From contig NC_042999.1 in the NCBI RefSeq assembly GCF_006345805.1, forward strand, positions 56,110,001-56,174,000: a stretch of DNA of 64,000 nucleotides, read 5' to 3'. The notes below the pieces were generated by a model that was not told the DNA's origin, did no database searches, and saw only the letters and a program-made list of their open reading frames with translations. Made by a program: the position numbers and the translations under genes. Shown piece after piece: positions 1 through 12,199 of this stretch (the stretch's first letter is position 1; the number at the start of each line of letters is the position of its first letter). The stretch is from Octopus sinensis (lineage: Eukaryota).

Positions 1-97
1 ATATATGTGTATATATATGTGTATATATATATGTGTATATATATATATGTATATATATGTGTATATATATATGTGTATATATATATGTATATATATG

Positions 98-130
<33 letters not shown>

Positions 131-161
131 GTATATATATATATATATGTATATATATATG

Positions 162-192
<31 letters not shown>

Positions 193-207
193 GTGTATAT
201 ATATATG

Positions 208-239
<32 letters not shown>

Positions 240-430
240 ATATATATGTATATATATATGTATATATATATTATGTATATATATATATGTATATATATGT
301 ATATATATATATATGTATATGTTATATATATATGTATATTATATATGTATATATATATATGTATATATATATATGTATATATATATGTATATATATATGT
401 ATATATATATATGTATATATATATGTATAT
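1..430. repeat. (TA)n microsatellite with interspersed G (TATATG variants)
   Basis: Direct reading; the overlapping ORFs are Y/I/M/C low-complexity artefacts. Confidence 0.97.
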
Positions 431-3400
431 GATTGATTGATTGATTGATTGATTGATTCTAGTTTCAGCTTATGAGCTGTGGCCATGCTGGGGCACCGCC
501 ATTTGGTGTTGCTACTTGGTTTCACTTCATGGAGGCTTTTTAGCAACTGCTATTTGGTGCATGAGAGAGTTCGATGCAGCTGCCCTCATCTGCCCCTCCT
601 GCCGTGAAGTTGGTTCATCTGGGACACCTGACAGGAAGAGATCCAGCTTCATTTTAAAGACATCCTTATCCACCCCATGCAGGTCTCTCAGGTTCTTCGG
701 GAGGATATTGAAGAGCTGTGGGCCTCGGAAGCCCAGGCTATCACAGTATCTTGTCCTACATCTTGATGGCAGGTTTGGAGTCCTAGGCACCACGCAGTGG
801 CGCCCAGTTCTGGCATTTGCGTAACTCTCGATGCCAAAGTTCAGGACACTTCCCTCCAGGATCTTCCAGATGTATATTATGGCATATCTTTCCCGCCTAC
901 GCTCCAGGGAATATAATTTTAATCTCTTGAGTCTTTCCCAGTAGCTTACATTCTGCATAGAGGCTATCTTCTTTGTGTAGCTTCGTTGGATCGCCTCAAG
1001 TTCTGTGATCAACTTGACACTGGATGGTGACCATAGCTGAGAGCAATAGTCAAAGTGGCTTAGGACAAGTGTCTTCCAGAGGACCATCATGGTTTCTTGT
1101 TCTCTTGTTCTAAAGGTTCTAAGAATCCATCCAGCCAGCCGTCTACATTTCATTGTCAGTTTAGCAACATGTACATGAAAGGTCGCGTCATCACTCATGT
1201 GAATACCCAGGTCACGCACTGATTGTGCCTCTGGGATTGCAATCCCTCCGGGTCCAGTGTATTCATTGGGTATTGCATTCAGTTTTGCATGCTGATAGTA
1301 TAAAGCTTGAAACTTTCCAGCATTGAACTGCATGCTATTCTTTTCAGCCCACTTGTATATTTCGTCCAGCTCACATTGCAGGTGTTTAGTGTCCTCAGGG
1401 TTCTGTATTGCCTGTGAAACTTTTGTATCATCTGCATAACTTGTGATCGTGGCTCTCTGCGTGGCTGAGGGCATGTCTGAGAGGGCCATTATGAACAGTA
1501 GTGGTCCCAGAACAGTGCCCTGCGGAACACCGCTCACTATTTGTGTGTTAATGGAGGTGGCCCATTGGCTACTACCACCTGACTTCTATCCTTCAGAAAG
1601 TCATGAAGCCATTCTCCCAGTTTTCCAACTATGTTGAGATCACGCAGTTTGTGACATATCATTCCATGATCGACTTTATCAAAGGCCTTTGCAAAGTCGA
1701 GATATATCACTTCCACATTTGAGTGGTTGAGCAGCCGTTTCAGCACCCAGTCATAGTGTTGTAGGAGCTGAGTTAAACAGCTTCTCTTGGTCGGAAACCA
1801 TGTTGGGTGTGGGGCAGCAAGTCATTCTCTTCAAGGAAGGTGATCAGCTTCCTTCTGACTATTCGTTCCATGACCTTGCTGATGTGTGAGGTCAGAGAGA
1901 TAGGACTATAGTTCTTGGCTTCCGCTCTGCTACCTCCTTTATGAATGGGGCATATTTTCCCTTCCTTCAGTTTTCCTGGAAGTTTGCCAGCTGCAAGGAA
2001 GCTCTGAAAGAGGAACTGCAGTGGTCTTGCTAGGACTCTCTTACATGCTTTTAGGAGGATTGCGGGAATCCATCGGGGCCAGTAGCTGAGTCTGTTTTCA
2101 TTTTCATCTATAGCCTTGGTACATCGTCTTCCTTATATCGATGTAATCTATCGTCGCCGCCTCTGATTTTATATCTGCAGTGGTAAAAAAGTTAGTTGGA
2201 TTGGTGATTTGGAGATGCCCAAGGGGTGGAGTGAAAACACTCTTGAATTGCTCATTCAGTATTTCACTTACCCTCATTGGTTTTCCTGTAAGTGTGCCAT
2301 CCTTTTCGAGGAGTGGCCCTATTCTACAGTGCACTGTAGCTGTTTCTTTGGCATACCTGTAGAAAGCTCTGGGGTTAGATTTTATGTTTTCTATAGCCAG
2401 GCTTCTTTGTCTGCTCTTTCTTTTTCATGGAGAGTTGCAGACATTTTTCGATTTCAACAGTTTTATTTTTAGGCGGGACTTTTCACTGCTTTCAATCTGT
2501 GTTGTTTAGGCGATTTGAAAATTTCGTACGCCGTCTCATTAAAATTTCCTTCTCTGGGGATTTTGTTCTTGTGTACAGTGGCCTTTCTATCTGGGACACA
2601 TTTGTAGCATATGGCTTGCATTACAGACATGAATGTGAAGTTTCACGTCGATGTCTGGCGAGGAGAGACATTTAGGCCAGTTTTGTTTGAGGATCTCTTT
2701 CTCAATTGTTCCAGTTTGATTGTATGGTAGTTAGCTGGAAAGATTTTGAGGGTTTCTTGTAGGCTGCATGTCCGGCTCTCTTTTGGCCCGTACATGGTCA
2801 GCTCTATCATGTGTGATCCGAGAGTAGTGTCGGTGTCACTTTCACATTATGGATGAGATCCATGTCATTTGTGAAGCAGAGATCCAGTGTGTTACCTGCC
2901 TGGTTGGTTGGAGTATTACCTGCTCCATGTACAGGGTGTTGATGAGGTTCAGGAGGGACCTCGCCTGTCCTCGTTCACATTGTCATTCCTGGGAGAGAAA
3001 GGCCCTCGGGCCATCTGACATTGGGCAGATTGAAGTCTCCCATAAGAAGCACACCTATGTGTTGCTCTAATGTGGTTAGAATTTCTTCTATTTTTATTAA
3101 GGCAGTCTTCAAACTTGCCCACATGGCGGGGGCATCTGGAGGGGCGATATGTAGCACACACAACTACATCAAGTTGCCTAATATGTACAATTAGTGTGTC
3201 ACACACCGAGAGTTTGAGTATGAAGAGGACCTGGGGGTGTGAGGTCCTCACGGATGTAATAGCAACACCTCCATGACTCCTTTCTATCCTGTCGGTCCGT
3301 AGTACAGCATACTGTGGTATGTGTAACTCCGCATCTGCTATGTCGGTTTCAGGTGCGTTTCTGTAAGTGCTATGCATAAGGCTTGATTGCATGCAACAAA

Positions 3401-3848
3401 GTCTCTCAGGAACGGGATCTTTGTCCTGTTACTGAGTGTTTGCAGTCCTCTGATGTTCAGTAGGAGTATCGAGGGTGAGGTGTACGTTGTTGCCGGCGGT
3501 TGTCAATCCTGTGTCTGTTTGCTGTGGTGGTCTGGTATATAGTGGGTAGTCCCACCTGCGGGCTTGGGTTTGATGAAGCCAGGTCAGCTGCTGTACAATC
3601 TTTTGTGCCATGCACAAAAAGATTATTGCTCAGCAGCTGCTCTCGACATCATGTTGGCTGTTTGTGGCGCGCACAAAGATGCGTACCTCCGTTTGGGGGC
3701 AGGTGGTGCGTGGTCCATCCCTTTTCTTTGGTTGATGGTTTGTCCATCTGCCTCGTGTCTCTGGGGCAGGGTCCCCGATGTGCAAAGCGGCAGCCTGCAC
3801 CTTCCTTTCCATGCCAGCAGAACCGCTCAAGGAGAACAGTATCTATAG
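431..3848 (-). mobile_element. Degraded CR1/L2-group non-LTR retrotransposon with intact 3' end (ORF1 CCCH remnant, APE, RT)
   Basis: RT motifs GVPQGTVLGPLLF, YADDTK, DFAKAFDKVDH and SLERRRERY (527..1746). APE motifs in 2949..3392, including LLMGDFNLP. CWHG..GAGCRFAH near 3760-3830. 3' stem-loop CAGCT-cata-AGCTG at 466-479 and an (AATC)n tail at 431-457. Confidence 0.93.
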
Positions 3849-3948
3849 NNNNNNNNNNNNNNNNNNNNNNNNNNNNNNNNNNNNNNNNNNNNNNNNNNNN
3901 NNNNNNNNNNNNNNNNNNNNNNNNNNNNNNNNNNNNNNNNNNNNNNNN
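3849..3948. other. Assembly gap (100 N)
   Basis: Run of N; true size unknown. Confidence 0.99.
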
Positions 3949-3987
3949 TAATCCAAACATATATATATATACATATATATATATATC

Positions 3988-4018
<31 letters not shown>

Positions 4019-4038
4019 ATGTTAATCCAAACATATAT

Positions 4039-4069
<31 letters not shown>

Positions 4070-4111
4070 TATATATATAATTTTAATCCAAACATATATA
4101 TATATATATAC
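3949..4111. repeat. Compound repeat: three TAATCCAAACA units, each followed by (TA)n
   Basis: Units at 3949, 4023 and 4084. Confidence 0.85.
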
Positions 4112-4339
4112 ACTTTATAATTAGGGTTCAGCAAAGATTTGCTTCACCACATAGCGAAGTTTAGAAATAGCAGTCAAAAAATCTTAGCTATTCCTTCTAC
4201 TTTAAAAGGGGCTCCCAGAAAAACCAAAGTACTTGAGCCCCTTTTAAAGTAGAAGGAATAGCTAAGATTTTTTTTGACTGCTATTTCTAAACTTTGGTAT
4301 GTGGTGAAGCAAATCTTTGCTGAACTCTAATTATAAAGT
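4112..4339. repeat. Long fold-back palindrome / MITE-like element (about 103-bp arms, 20-nt loop)
   Basis: 4112-4214 is the reverse complement of 4235-4339, with 3 substitutions and a 2-nt indel by eye. Confidence 0.9.
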
Positions 4340-4488
4340 ATTACTTAAGCTTACCATGAAATGGTCTTTTTCATGCCAAATTCTACTTGGTGAAATTACT
4401 GATTACTTCGTAATTAATTAATTTTACCCTTTGTTATTATATATATATATATATATATATATGAATATGTAGATATGAGTATGTAATA

Positions 4489-4538
<50 letters not shown>

Positions 4539-4541
4539 ATA

Positions 4542-5056
4542 TACTAGCAGTATCGCCCGGCGTTGCTCGGGTTGTAAGGGAAATAACTATATAAGCATTT
4601 TTAGAGAGTTACTTCCCTTATAGATGCCAATTCGGGCTTTCTTCGCCATTTCTGTTTTGGTGTCTTCAAGCCACGAAGTCGTTGTTCTAAAAGAACGCTG
4701 GTCTCCTTGACAACGCTTTACGGCGTTGATTTCCTTACACTCCCTTCCCCACAGCTTCACAAGGGAGGGAAGAAGGGGGAGAAGCAAACAGGTGCAGGTG
4801 TGACCATGGACGCCAACTCCGCCGCCATCGACACATGAAAAATTATGCATTAAAATGGAATAAAAAATTATGTTAAATTATTATTAAAATCGTAGACTCA
4901 TCGTAGACGCGCGCTAATACTCAGACGGGCTCAATATGAATCACGACTATAAGATACCCGAATTTGGTTAAACTGCACAGCAAAATGTGGGAGTAGTTAG
5001 GAATCTAAATCGAAGGGGACAGACACTCACACAACTACAGTTTTATATATATAGAT
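4542..5056 (+). mobile_element. Helentron/DINE-1-type non-autonomous element
   Basis: 5' TACTAGCAGTATCGCCCGGCGTTGCTCGGG with a CCCG/CGGG stem; 3' ACAG-type repeat and TTTTATATATATAGAT; inserted in a TA run. Confidence 0.65.
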
Positions 5057-5162
5057 ATATTGGTAAAAATGGTAAGATAACAAAAGAAATGAAAATATAT
5101 ATATATTCACGTTGCTGCAAAAACGAGGGGTATGTATATTTCAAACGGTATATATATTTCAA

Positions 5163-5350
5163 ACGTTTTCCATGCTAGCGTGGGTTGGACTGTTCAACCA
5201 GGGTCTGGAAAGCCAGGAGACTGCACCAGGCTCCAGTCTGATCTGGCAGTGTTTCTATAGCTGGATGCCCTTCCTAATGCCAACCACTCCGTGAGTGTAG
5301 GGGGTTTTTTTACATGCCACCGGCACAGAAGCCAGTCAAGGTGGCGCTGA
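5163..5350 (-). mobile_element. RTE LINE 3'-UTR fragment
   Basis: Reverse complement of the 3' UTR at 33620-33828. Confidence 0.75.
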
Positions 5351-5414
5351 CACATATTTATATCAGTATATATATACCACACACACACATATATATAGAG
5401 AATATATATATACA

Positions 5415-5445
<31 letters not shown>

Positions 5446-5569
5446 ATGTATATATATATATATATAACGGGAAATAGACAAAAATGAAAATAGACAAAAG
5501 ACGAAGGCAGGTGGAAAACAAACGAACAATTGTATTAGTATGGCGCTCAGGAAATATAAATAAAACTAG

Positions 5570-5607
5570 TCTTTAACGTTTCGAGTCTACGCTCTTCAAC
5601 AGAAAGA
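5570..5607 (-). ncRNA. Minimal type I hammerhead-ribozyme-like motif with variant core
   Basis: Minus strand reads TCTTT-CTGTTGA-A-GAGC-gtag-ACTC-GAAA-CG-TT-AAAGA. Stem I is TCTTT/AAAGA, with a palindromic AACGTT. The core has U in place of A6. Confidence 0.55.
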
Positions 5608-5628
5608 TATATATATACACATACATAT

Positions 5629-5876
5629 GTGGAGGTGCGTGGCTTAGTGGTTAGGGTGTCAGCATCATGATCGTAAGATTGTGGTTTCGATTCCTGGACC
5701 AGGTGATGCGTTGTGTTCTTGAGCAAAACACTTCATTTCACGTTGCTCCAGTCCACCCAGCTGGCAAAAGTGAGTAACGCTGCGATGGATTGGCTTCCTG
5801 TCCAGCTGGGGAACACATACGCCATTGAAACCAGGAAACAGGGCCAATGAACCTGGCTAGGCTTTAAATGGACGTA
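5629..5876 (+). mobile_element. tRNA-derived SINE with V-SINE-like central domain
   Basis: A-box TGGCTTAGTGG at 5640-5650; B-box GGTTTCGATTCC at 5683-5694; CTGCGATGGATTGGC...CTGTCCAG central motif. Confidence 0.8.
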
Positions 5877-5891
5877 TTTATTTTATATATG

Positions 5892-6272
5892 TACTAGCAG
5901 TATCGCCCGGCGTTGCTCAGGTTTGTAAGGGAAATAACTATAAAGCATTTTTAGAGAGTTATAGGCAAAAAATAGCAAAAAAATGGAAAAAAATGATGGT
6001 AAATTTTTTGAGAGTAAAAAAAGGTGGAGTTGCGTCCCTTAGTTTGCGGTTTGTGTTTCTGATTCTCGACCCCCATGTCGAATTTATCGGTTTTTTCAGA
6101 ACTGGGGGAACTTTTCTAAATTTTCGCTGCGTTAGTTTTGAATTATGACATTGGGCTATGTGTGTGTCAAGTTTCATCAGAATCGGTTGAAAGCCGTGGT
6201 CAGGGTGAGGGTACAAGCAAACAGACACACAGAAACACGCACAGACAAACTGCCGTTTATATAGAGAGAGAT
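5892..6272 (+). mobile_element. Second Helentron/DINE-1-type non-autonomous element
   Basis: Same roughly 70-bp 5' end as the 4542 copy; ends CAGACAAACTGCCGTTTATATAGAGAGAGAT. Confidence 0.65.
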
Positions 6273-6289
6273 ATAGTCCACACCTCTTC

Positions 6290-7383
6290 TACTCTACAGT
6301 AGATATGTAGATGACATTAATATCATACTTAGGACCAACTCTAGTGATGGTAATGTAGAAACTGAGAAGAACGTAATGGAGAGCACCCAGCAAATAGCTA
6401 ACTCCATCCACCAAAGTATCGAGATAACTATAGATTACCCCACTAAGCAACCCAACAATAAACTCCCTGTACTTGATACTGAACTTTGGTTAGAGACTGT
6501 GAACTATAGAGTGCAGCGACTCCACTTCAATTACATGAAACCCATAACTTCAAAATATGTTGTTCACAAGAACTGAGCTTTGTCACACAATATGAAAATT
6601 AACATACTGATAGCAGACTTAGAATAATGAACAATGTGTCCCCATTATGCGAACCCTATGAAACAAAAAAACATATACAGAACTGCATGCAGTTCTCTAG
6701 ATATGATCAGAAAGACAGGGTTCGAGTATACGGGGGGGGGGGGGGGGGGGCTAGAAAGAAATTAAACATTATACGTAATGATACCAGTGGTACCTGCCCT
6801 AGATATAGAAACAAAGAATGGAATAGGATACAAAGAACTTGTGACAAAGCAAACAGGGCGAACACGTGGTATAAAACCGACAAATATCAAGGAGTGATGT
6901 TTGTAGAGGCCACAGCCCATGATGAACTAGCCCATAGATTTAGAAAAGATCTGAAGGAGACCAAACTTGATTGCTGGAAACCCAGGGAACTCGGTCAGAT
7001 CACAACTAAATAGGACGTACCCCTTTCAGAATACCGAATGCACCGATGATAACTGCATGGTATGTAGGATTAGCCCTGGCATTAACTGTAGAACTCAAAA
7101 TGTAGTTTACAGCATAAGATGCACAGAAGGTGCTTGTAAAGACATGAACATGACATACATAGGGGAGACATCTAGGAGCATTGCGGAACAACTAAATGAA
7201 CATCTGAGACAATATGACAACAAAAAACAGTCCTCCATACTCTACCACATGCCAAAGACCAACTTGGGTCAACTTGATATCCGCATCTTATCCAAGCACC
7301 CAAAAGACCCAACACTCAGACAAATACGGGAGTACATCCTTATAAACGAAACTTCCCCAATACTAAATAGGAAATATACATAG
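6290..7383 (+). mobile_element. Degraded Penelope-like element (RT C-terminus and GIY-YIG endonuclease)
   Basis: RYVDDI at about 6300; LPVLD; YMKP; CRTQNVVYSIRC...YIGETSRSIAEQLNEH (ORF 6967..7383). Confidence 0.88.
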
Positions 7384-7439
7384 TAGATATCATACCTCCA
7401 TACCCACAGTTTACACAGGTAGAGTAGAATAGTTAGTAG

Positions 7440-7980
7440 GCTGTTATGTAGATAGATGTATGTATGTGTGTGAGGGTATGTATGTGTATATGCACATGTA
7501 TGTAAGCATGTGGATATGAAAATAAACAGATCAACATACAGTCAGATAGATACATAGGTTATATGAACAGACAAGCACACATACACAAATGGAGACTGAA
7601 ACACATGAGCATATATACACAAACACTTTTTCTTCACACAAGGACACATATGGAGACATGTGTCCACACATATGGAGATACACATCCATACATACAAACA
7701 TGGTACATAGTTGCAAAAAAAACACACACAGACATGCACACACAAGGAGACATAGGTGGATACATATACAAACACACGCTCACACACACACACACATACA
7801 TAAAAAACACACAAACACGGACATGCAAGCACATTAATATGCAGAATACATACATACAGATGCACACACATACATACATATGCATACATACACATATATA
7901 CATATACACACATGCATACACATATACATACATACATACATAGGCATACACACACTGACCCACACACATGCACACAAACA
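7440..7980. repeat. CA/TA-rich low-complexity tract
   Basis: Direct reading. Confidence 0.85.
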
Positions 7981-8230
7981 AAAAGGAAGGCAGTGCAAAT
8001 AATGGGCAAAGTAAAGACTACTGAAAAGGTTGCAAGATGCAACGAAAAATTTAGGAAAAAAAAATAAGGAATAAGTGGAAATTTTACTGGTGAGTATGTT
8101 AAATTATAAGGCACAAAAAGAAAATTACTCTCCCCAGACACAACAGAATATGCTTCAACACACGAACTCACATAAAGAATCTTGCAAACCAAATCCCCAA
8201 ACGAAACATATATATAAATATATATATATA

Positions 8231-8845
8231 CATCATCATCGTTTAACATCCATTTTCCATGCTAGCATGGGGTGGATGGTTCGACCGGGGTCTGGGAAGC
8301 CAGGCGGCTGCACCAGGCTCCAGTCTGATCTGGCAGTGTTTCTACAGCTGGATGTCCTTCTTAATGCCAACCACTGCATGAGTGTAGTGGGTGCTTTTTA
8401 CGTGCCACCGGCACAGAAGCTAGTCAGGGCGGCGTTGGTATCGGCCACATTCAGATGGTGCTTTTTATGTGCCACGGGCACGGGTATCACAAATACTATT
8501 TCCATTTGATTTTTATTTTGATGTACTTGACTCAATAGGTATCCTCATGCACAGCAGGTTGCCCTAAGATCCAAGGTAAGCACAGCAGGCCGTCCTGCGA
8601 TCCAAGGTACTGTAGATAGGCTGGGGCTGTTAGGTGAAGCTGGTGCAGGAAACAGCCATGAACTCACGTTATTTGTCGGGTCTTCACAGTCACAGCGTAT
8701 CTCCAGGTCCCGGTCTTTCGTCATTGCCTCTGTGAGGCCCAACATTCAAAGGTCATGCTTGACCACCTCATCCCATGTCTTCCTGGGTCTACTCTACCTC
8801 TACCCCAGATTCCTTCAACTGTTTGGAAGTGGCACTTCTTCACAC
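8231..8845 (-). mobile_element. RTE LINE 3' fragment (ORF end, 3' UTR, (GAT)n tail)
   Basis: LGLTEAMT peptide shared with 32838..33500; catcatcatc tail at 8231. Confidence 0.82.
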
Positions 8846-9690
8846 ATCTCTCCTCATGTATGTATATATATATATATATATGTGTGTGCATGTACTTGTA
8901 TGTGCATGTTTGGTTACGTGTGTGTATGTATATATGTGTGTATATGTATGCATATATGTGTATGACTGTATACCCTTATCTGTTAAGAGTATACGCTTTT
9001 TCTATCACTTGTAAATTTATAATATACTCCTTCATATATTCGTTTGTTTCTACTTTTTTCTGATTGCCTCCCCTACTTCGGGCTACTTTCTGAGTAAGGT
9101 AACTCTCTTGAACATACCTGCTGGTCTTGTCTGTGATAGATGTTTTTTCCTTAAGCTCTCTTTGTTTTTTCTCTGCTTGTATGTACATTTTTACTTAAAT
9201 ATTGTAACTTTTTTCAAACACAGTCTTGCCTATCACTTTTAACCTCGTGTAATAAATATATTTTTTTCATTCTTCAATTTTAATATGCATAACTCTCTAT
9301 GGTTTTTCTCTGCCAGTGCACTTGTTACGTTATATTCTACTATACACGTGGCCCTGTTTACATTATACTTCGTCTCGACCTGTTACCATTTTTTTAAGCA
9401 TATCCATTAGATTTTTATTCTTATTTTTACGTTATAGTTTACTGCACATATAGACGTGCATACACATTGATGTATCTTGTCTTTTTTTCTCTTTCGTCTC
9501 TCTCACTATTATTATTGCTGTTATTTTTTCCCTTTTACAGGTTGCTTGTAAATATCCAATTTTTCCCTATTAGCACTTTTGTGTTCTCCCTTATTGTATC
9601 TTTATTTTATTAAACCTTTTTTGATGTCCTTCCAAAAATTCTTGACACTGATGAGAATGACAATGCATAAATTTAATTATAATTACTATA

Positions 9691-11454
9691 GTCGGACAAA
9701 AAAGGGGGAAGAAGAAAGCAAAAAACTCAAATTTGACCGCACCACAGCATGATTTTGAAAATACACATAACCATCGTTTGTTGAGATCGCATTCAGCCTG
9801 AGGTTGAATTGCTCGCCATCTACATAGCAGGTGACAAGGGTACTCAGGTTATTACTTATGGTGCGTGAAATCTTAATTTGATTAGAGTATGCCCATAATA
9901 ATCCCTTACGGGCTTCCCCATTTAAAATTGAATTACAGCCGCTTTCTCTTAGCCTTAACTTCCAGATAATAAGCTCTGTTTTCTACCGCAAATTGATTGG
10001 GTTATCCCCACTTCACAAATGCCCTATGTTTTGCTAACTTGAATCCACTTTCCACTAATTAATCAGCCCGTGCACCAAACACCACAAAAAGCGTTTTCCC
10101 ACGTAGGCACTTAGTCATCCTGTGCATGTATGTGCATGAGCGTGGCACTGTGTATGACCTTGAACGTATGCGTGCATGCTTTGGCACCCAGACTCAAACG
10201 CCTTTCTCAATTACACTTCGTGTTTCCATTACTGACCGCCAGTTTTTCTCATAAAATTCCACTTTACCTATCACTTTTACTTGGGTTGCCTGGCCATATT
10301 TTTGCCTAGCAACTCATCAATTAACACTTAATTAAAGCATCTGCTGCAGTTTGACGACAATTTTTTTGAGTAAAAATAGCCTTTTTGTGCTCGATATCAG
10401 TTCATATTCTGATTATTGCTTCTTTTGATTAACCAAAGTATTAATAAGATACCCTCATTTACACCTCTTGTGTATACAAGTCAATTGACAGAATCCCAGG
10501 CCCACAGGATGCTGCCCAATACCTGGTTGAGTTTTTGAACGCTTTGATGCCATTGGTGCTTCCACCTCACACTCTGCGGCTGAATTTGCGTCCGCCCGCA
10601 CAGTGCAACAGCACATGTTTGGTCGTCAAGTCATTGTCCACTGACTTGATTGAGGCGACATATTTTCTGCACCATCAGACATTCCCTTCACTTTCTGTCG
10701 GACACAATTTCTGGTGAAGCCTTGCTTTGTGATGTCAACAAATCGCAGGGACAGATACTCTCAATCACAGGAATACAACTGGGCAAGCCCTGCTTTGCGT
10801 ATGGGCAACTTTATGTTGCCTGCTTCCGCATTGGAAGTAGGAATGCCCTGTTTGCATATGCCCCTGAGGGTAAAACCTGCAATATTGTTAACGAGATTTT
10901 GGTTAAGCATTTATAAATGCATTGGTATACCAATTCTATCCTCACCGAAAAGAATTCTCACTTTGTCAGATGTTTATTAAGTTAGGTTAAAGGGCTAGGT
11001 CCCTTTTTGTGAAGGCTGTCGGTAAGTTTTGGTAAGTTTCGCCAATGCAGATCTCCAAGGCTACATTCTTCAATGGTCCTTAATGAACTTATAACTATTG
11101 ACCTTACTGTGTTACTTGCTTCAATGCGTCATACTCATAAAATCACTCTGAATGCTGTTTTTTGTACTCTAATTGCTCTGCCTTTTCACCGGAATCAGCA
11201 CTTTTCTTCCCACCTTTGCAGTTCACTTATAGGACGACGGGGTTAGGTGTCAAAAGGCTAGCATGTGCAACTTGATAACCTCTGCCAATCAAACTCCCAG
11301 CCCATGCGTTCCCGTCGCGACACTGACTGCGTACAACTGGGTTGGGTGTGAAACCAAAACTCGACAAATGAGATTTATGTGTATTTTCAAAATCATGCTA
11401 TTTTGTGGCCAAATTCGAGTTTTTCGCTTTCTTCTGCCTCCTTTTTTGTCCAAC
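9691..11454. mobile_element. Non-autonomous TIR DNA transposon (about 95-bp TIRs, TA flanks)
   Basis: 9691-9785 (GTCGGACAAAAAAGG...GATTTTGAAAATACACATAA) is the reverse complement of about 11360-11454; TA at 9689-9690 and 11455-11456. Confidence 0.75.
10470..10916 (+). pseudogene. Helitron PIF1-like helicase C-terminal fragment
   Basis: YKSID...EFLNALMPLVLPPHTLRL, NKSQGQ, PCFAYGQLYVAC.RIGS and NIV..IL motifs; internally deleted. Confidence 0.82.
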
Positions 11455-11774
11455 TAATAGCATGTGCACAGTCCTGCTAATTTTCCATGATTATGCCATT
11501 CCAGGTGTGAAAACAGAAGTCCAACGAATATTAATTACTCTCATTAAAAGCGCCAACTAGCTCATAAACAACAAAACTGGCTCAGGCTGAAATGTGATAA
11601 GAAATTTAGCTCTTGATTTAGTGAGAAATTTTCACTGCGATCTGGCAATGAACAACAAGCACTAGCCGGCTCATAGTACTAGTATATATATATATGTATA
11701 TGTGTGTGTATATATATATATATGTGTGTGAATATATATGTGTGTGTGTGTGTGCATGTGTGTGTGAATATTTA

Positions 11775-12170
11775 TTGAGATTATCAACCATCGCACAAAC
11801 AGTAACTCTGAGCACCTCTTCAAACTCTACCCATTTAACACCCGTGGACATATTTACAAAGTAAGAAAACAGCACAGCTCCCATGACTTCAGGAAACATT
11901 TTTTCACGCTGAGAGTTGCTGAAGCATGGAACAAACTGCCGGCATCGGTTGTTAGTTGTCGGAGCACTGCATCCTTCAAAACTTCCATGCTTCCTGAGAT
12001 TCGCCAACACTACACTTGATTTTCTCCCCTCCATACACACACAAGGATGTATCTGACTCATACATTGTACGCTTTCCAGACATTTCTACATTACTGCATG
12101 TACTTTATATGCACTTTCTGACAAGTTGTGGGGCACCTGAGCACTGTATACAATAATTTCATTATTATTA
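11775..12170 (+). mobile_element. CR1 LINE 3' end fragment
   Basis: TRGHIYK...RKHFFTLRVAEAWNKLPASVV...FK, then a 3' UTR and (ATT)n tail. Confidence 0.85.
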
Positions 12171-12199
12171 TATATATACTCTGTGTAGATTAATTATAA

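Noticed and set aside
1-440. Long ORFs 5..436, 7..240 and 33..440, and similar ones at 23969-24460 and 7531-8249
   Set aside because: Translations of TA/TG/CA microsatellites with Y/I/M/C/H/T-only composition; not genes.
9648-9700. CTGATGAG...GTCGGAC, resembling a hammerhead core
   Set aside because: No GAAA. The GTCGGAC is the start of the TIR element at 9691, and no continuation appears beyond 11456.
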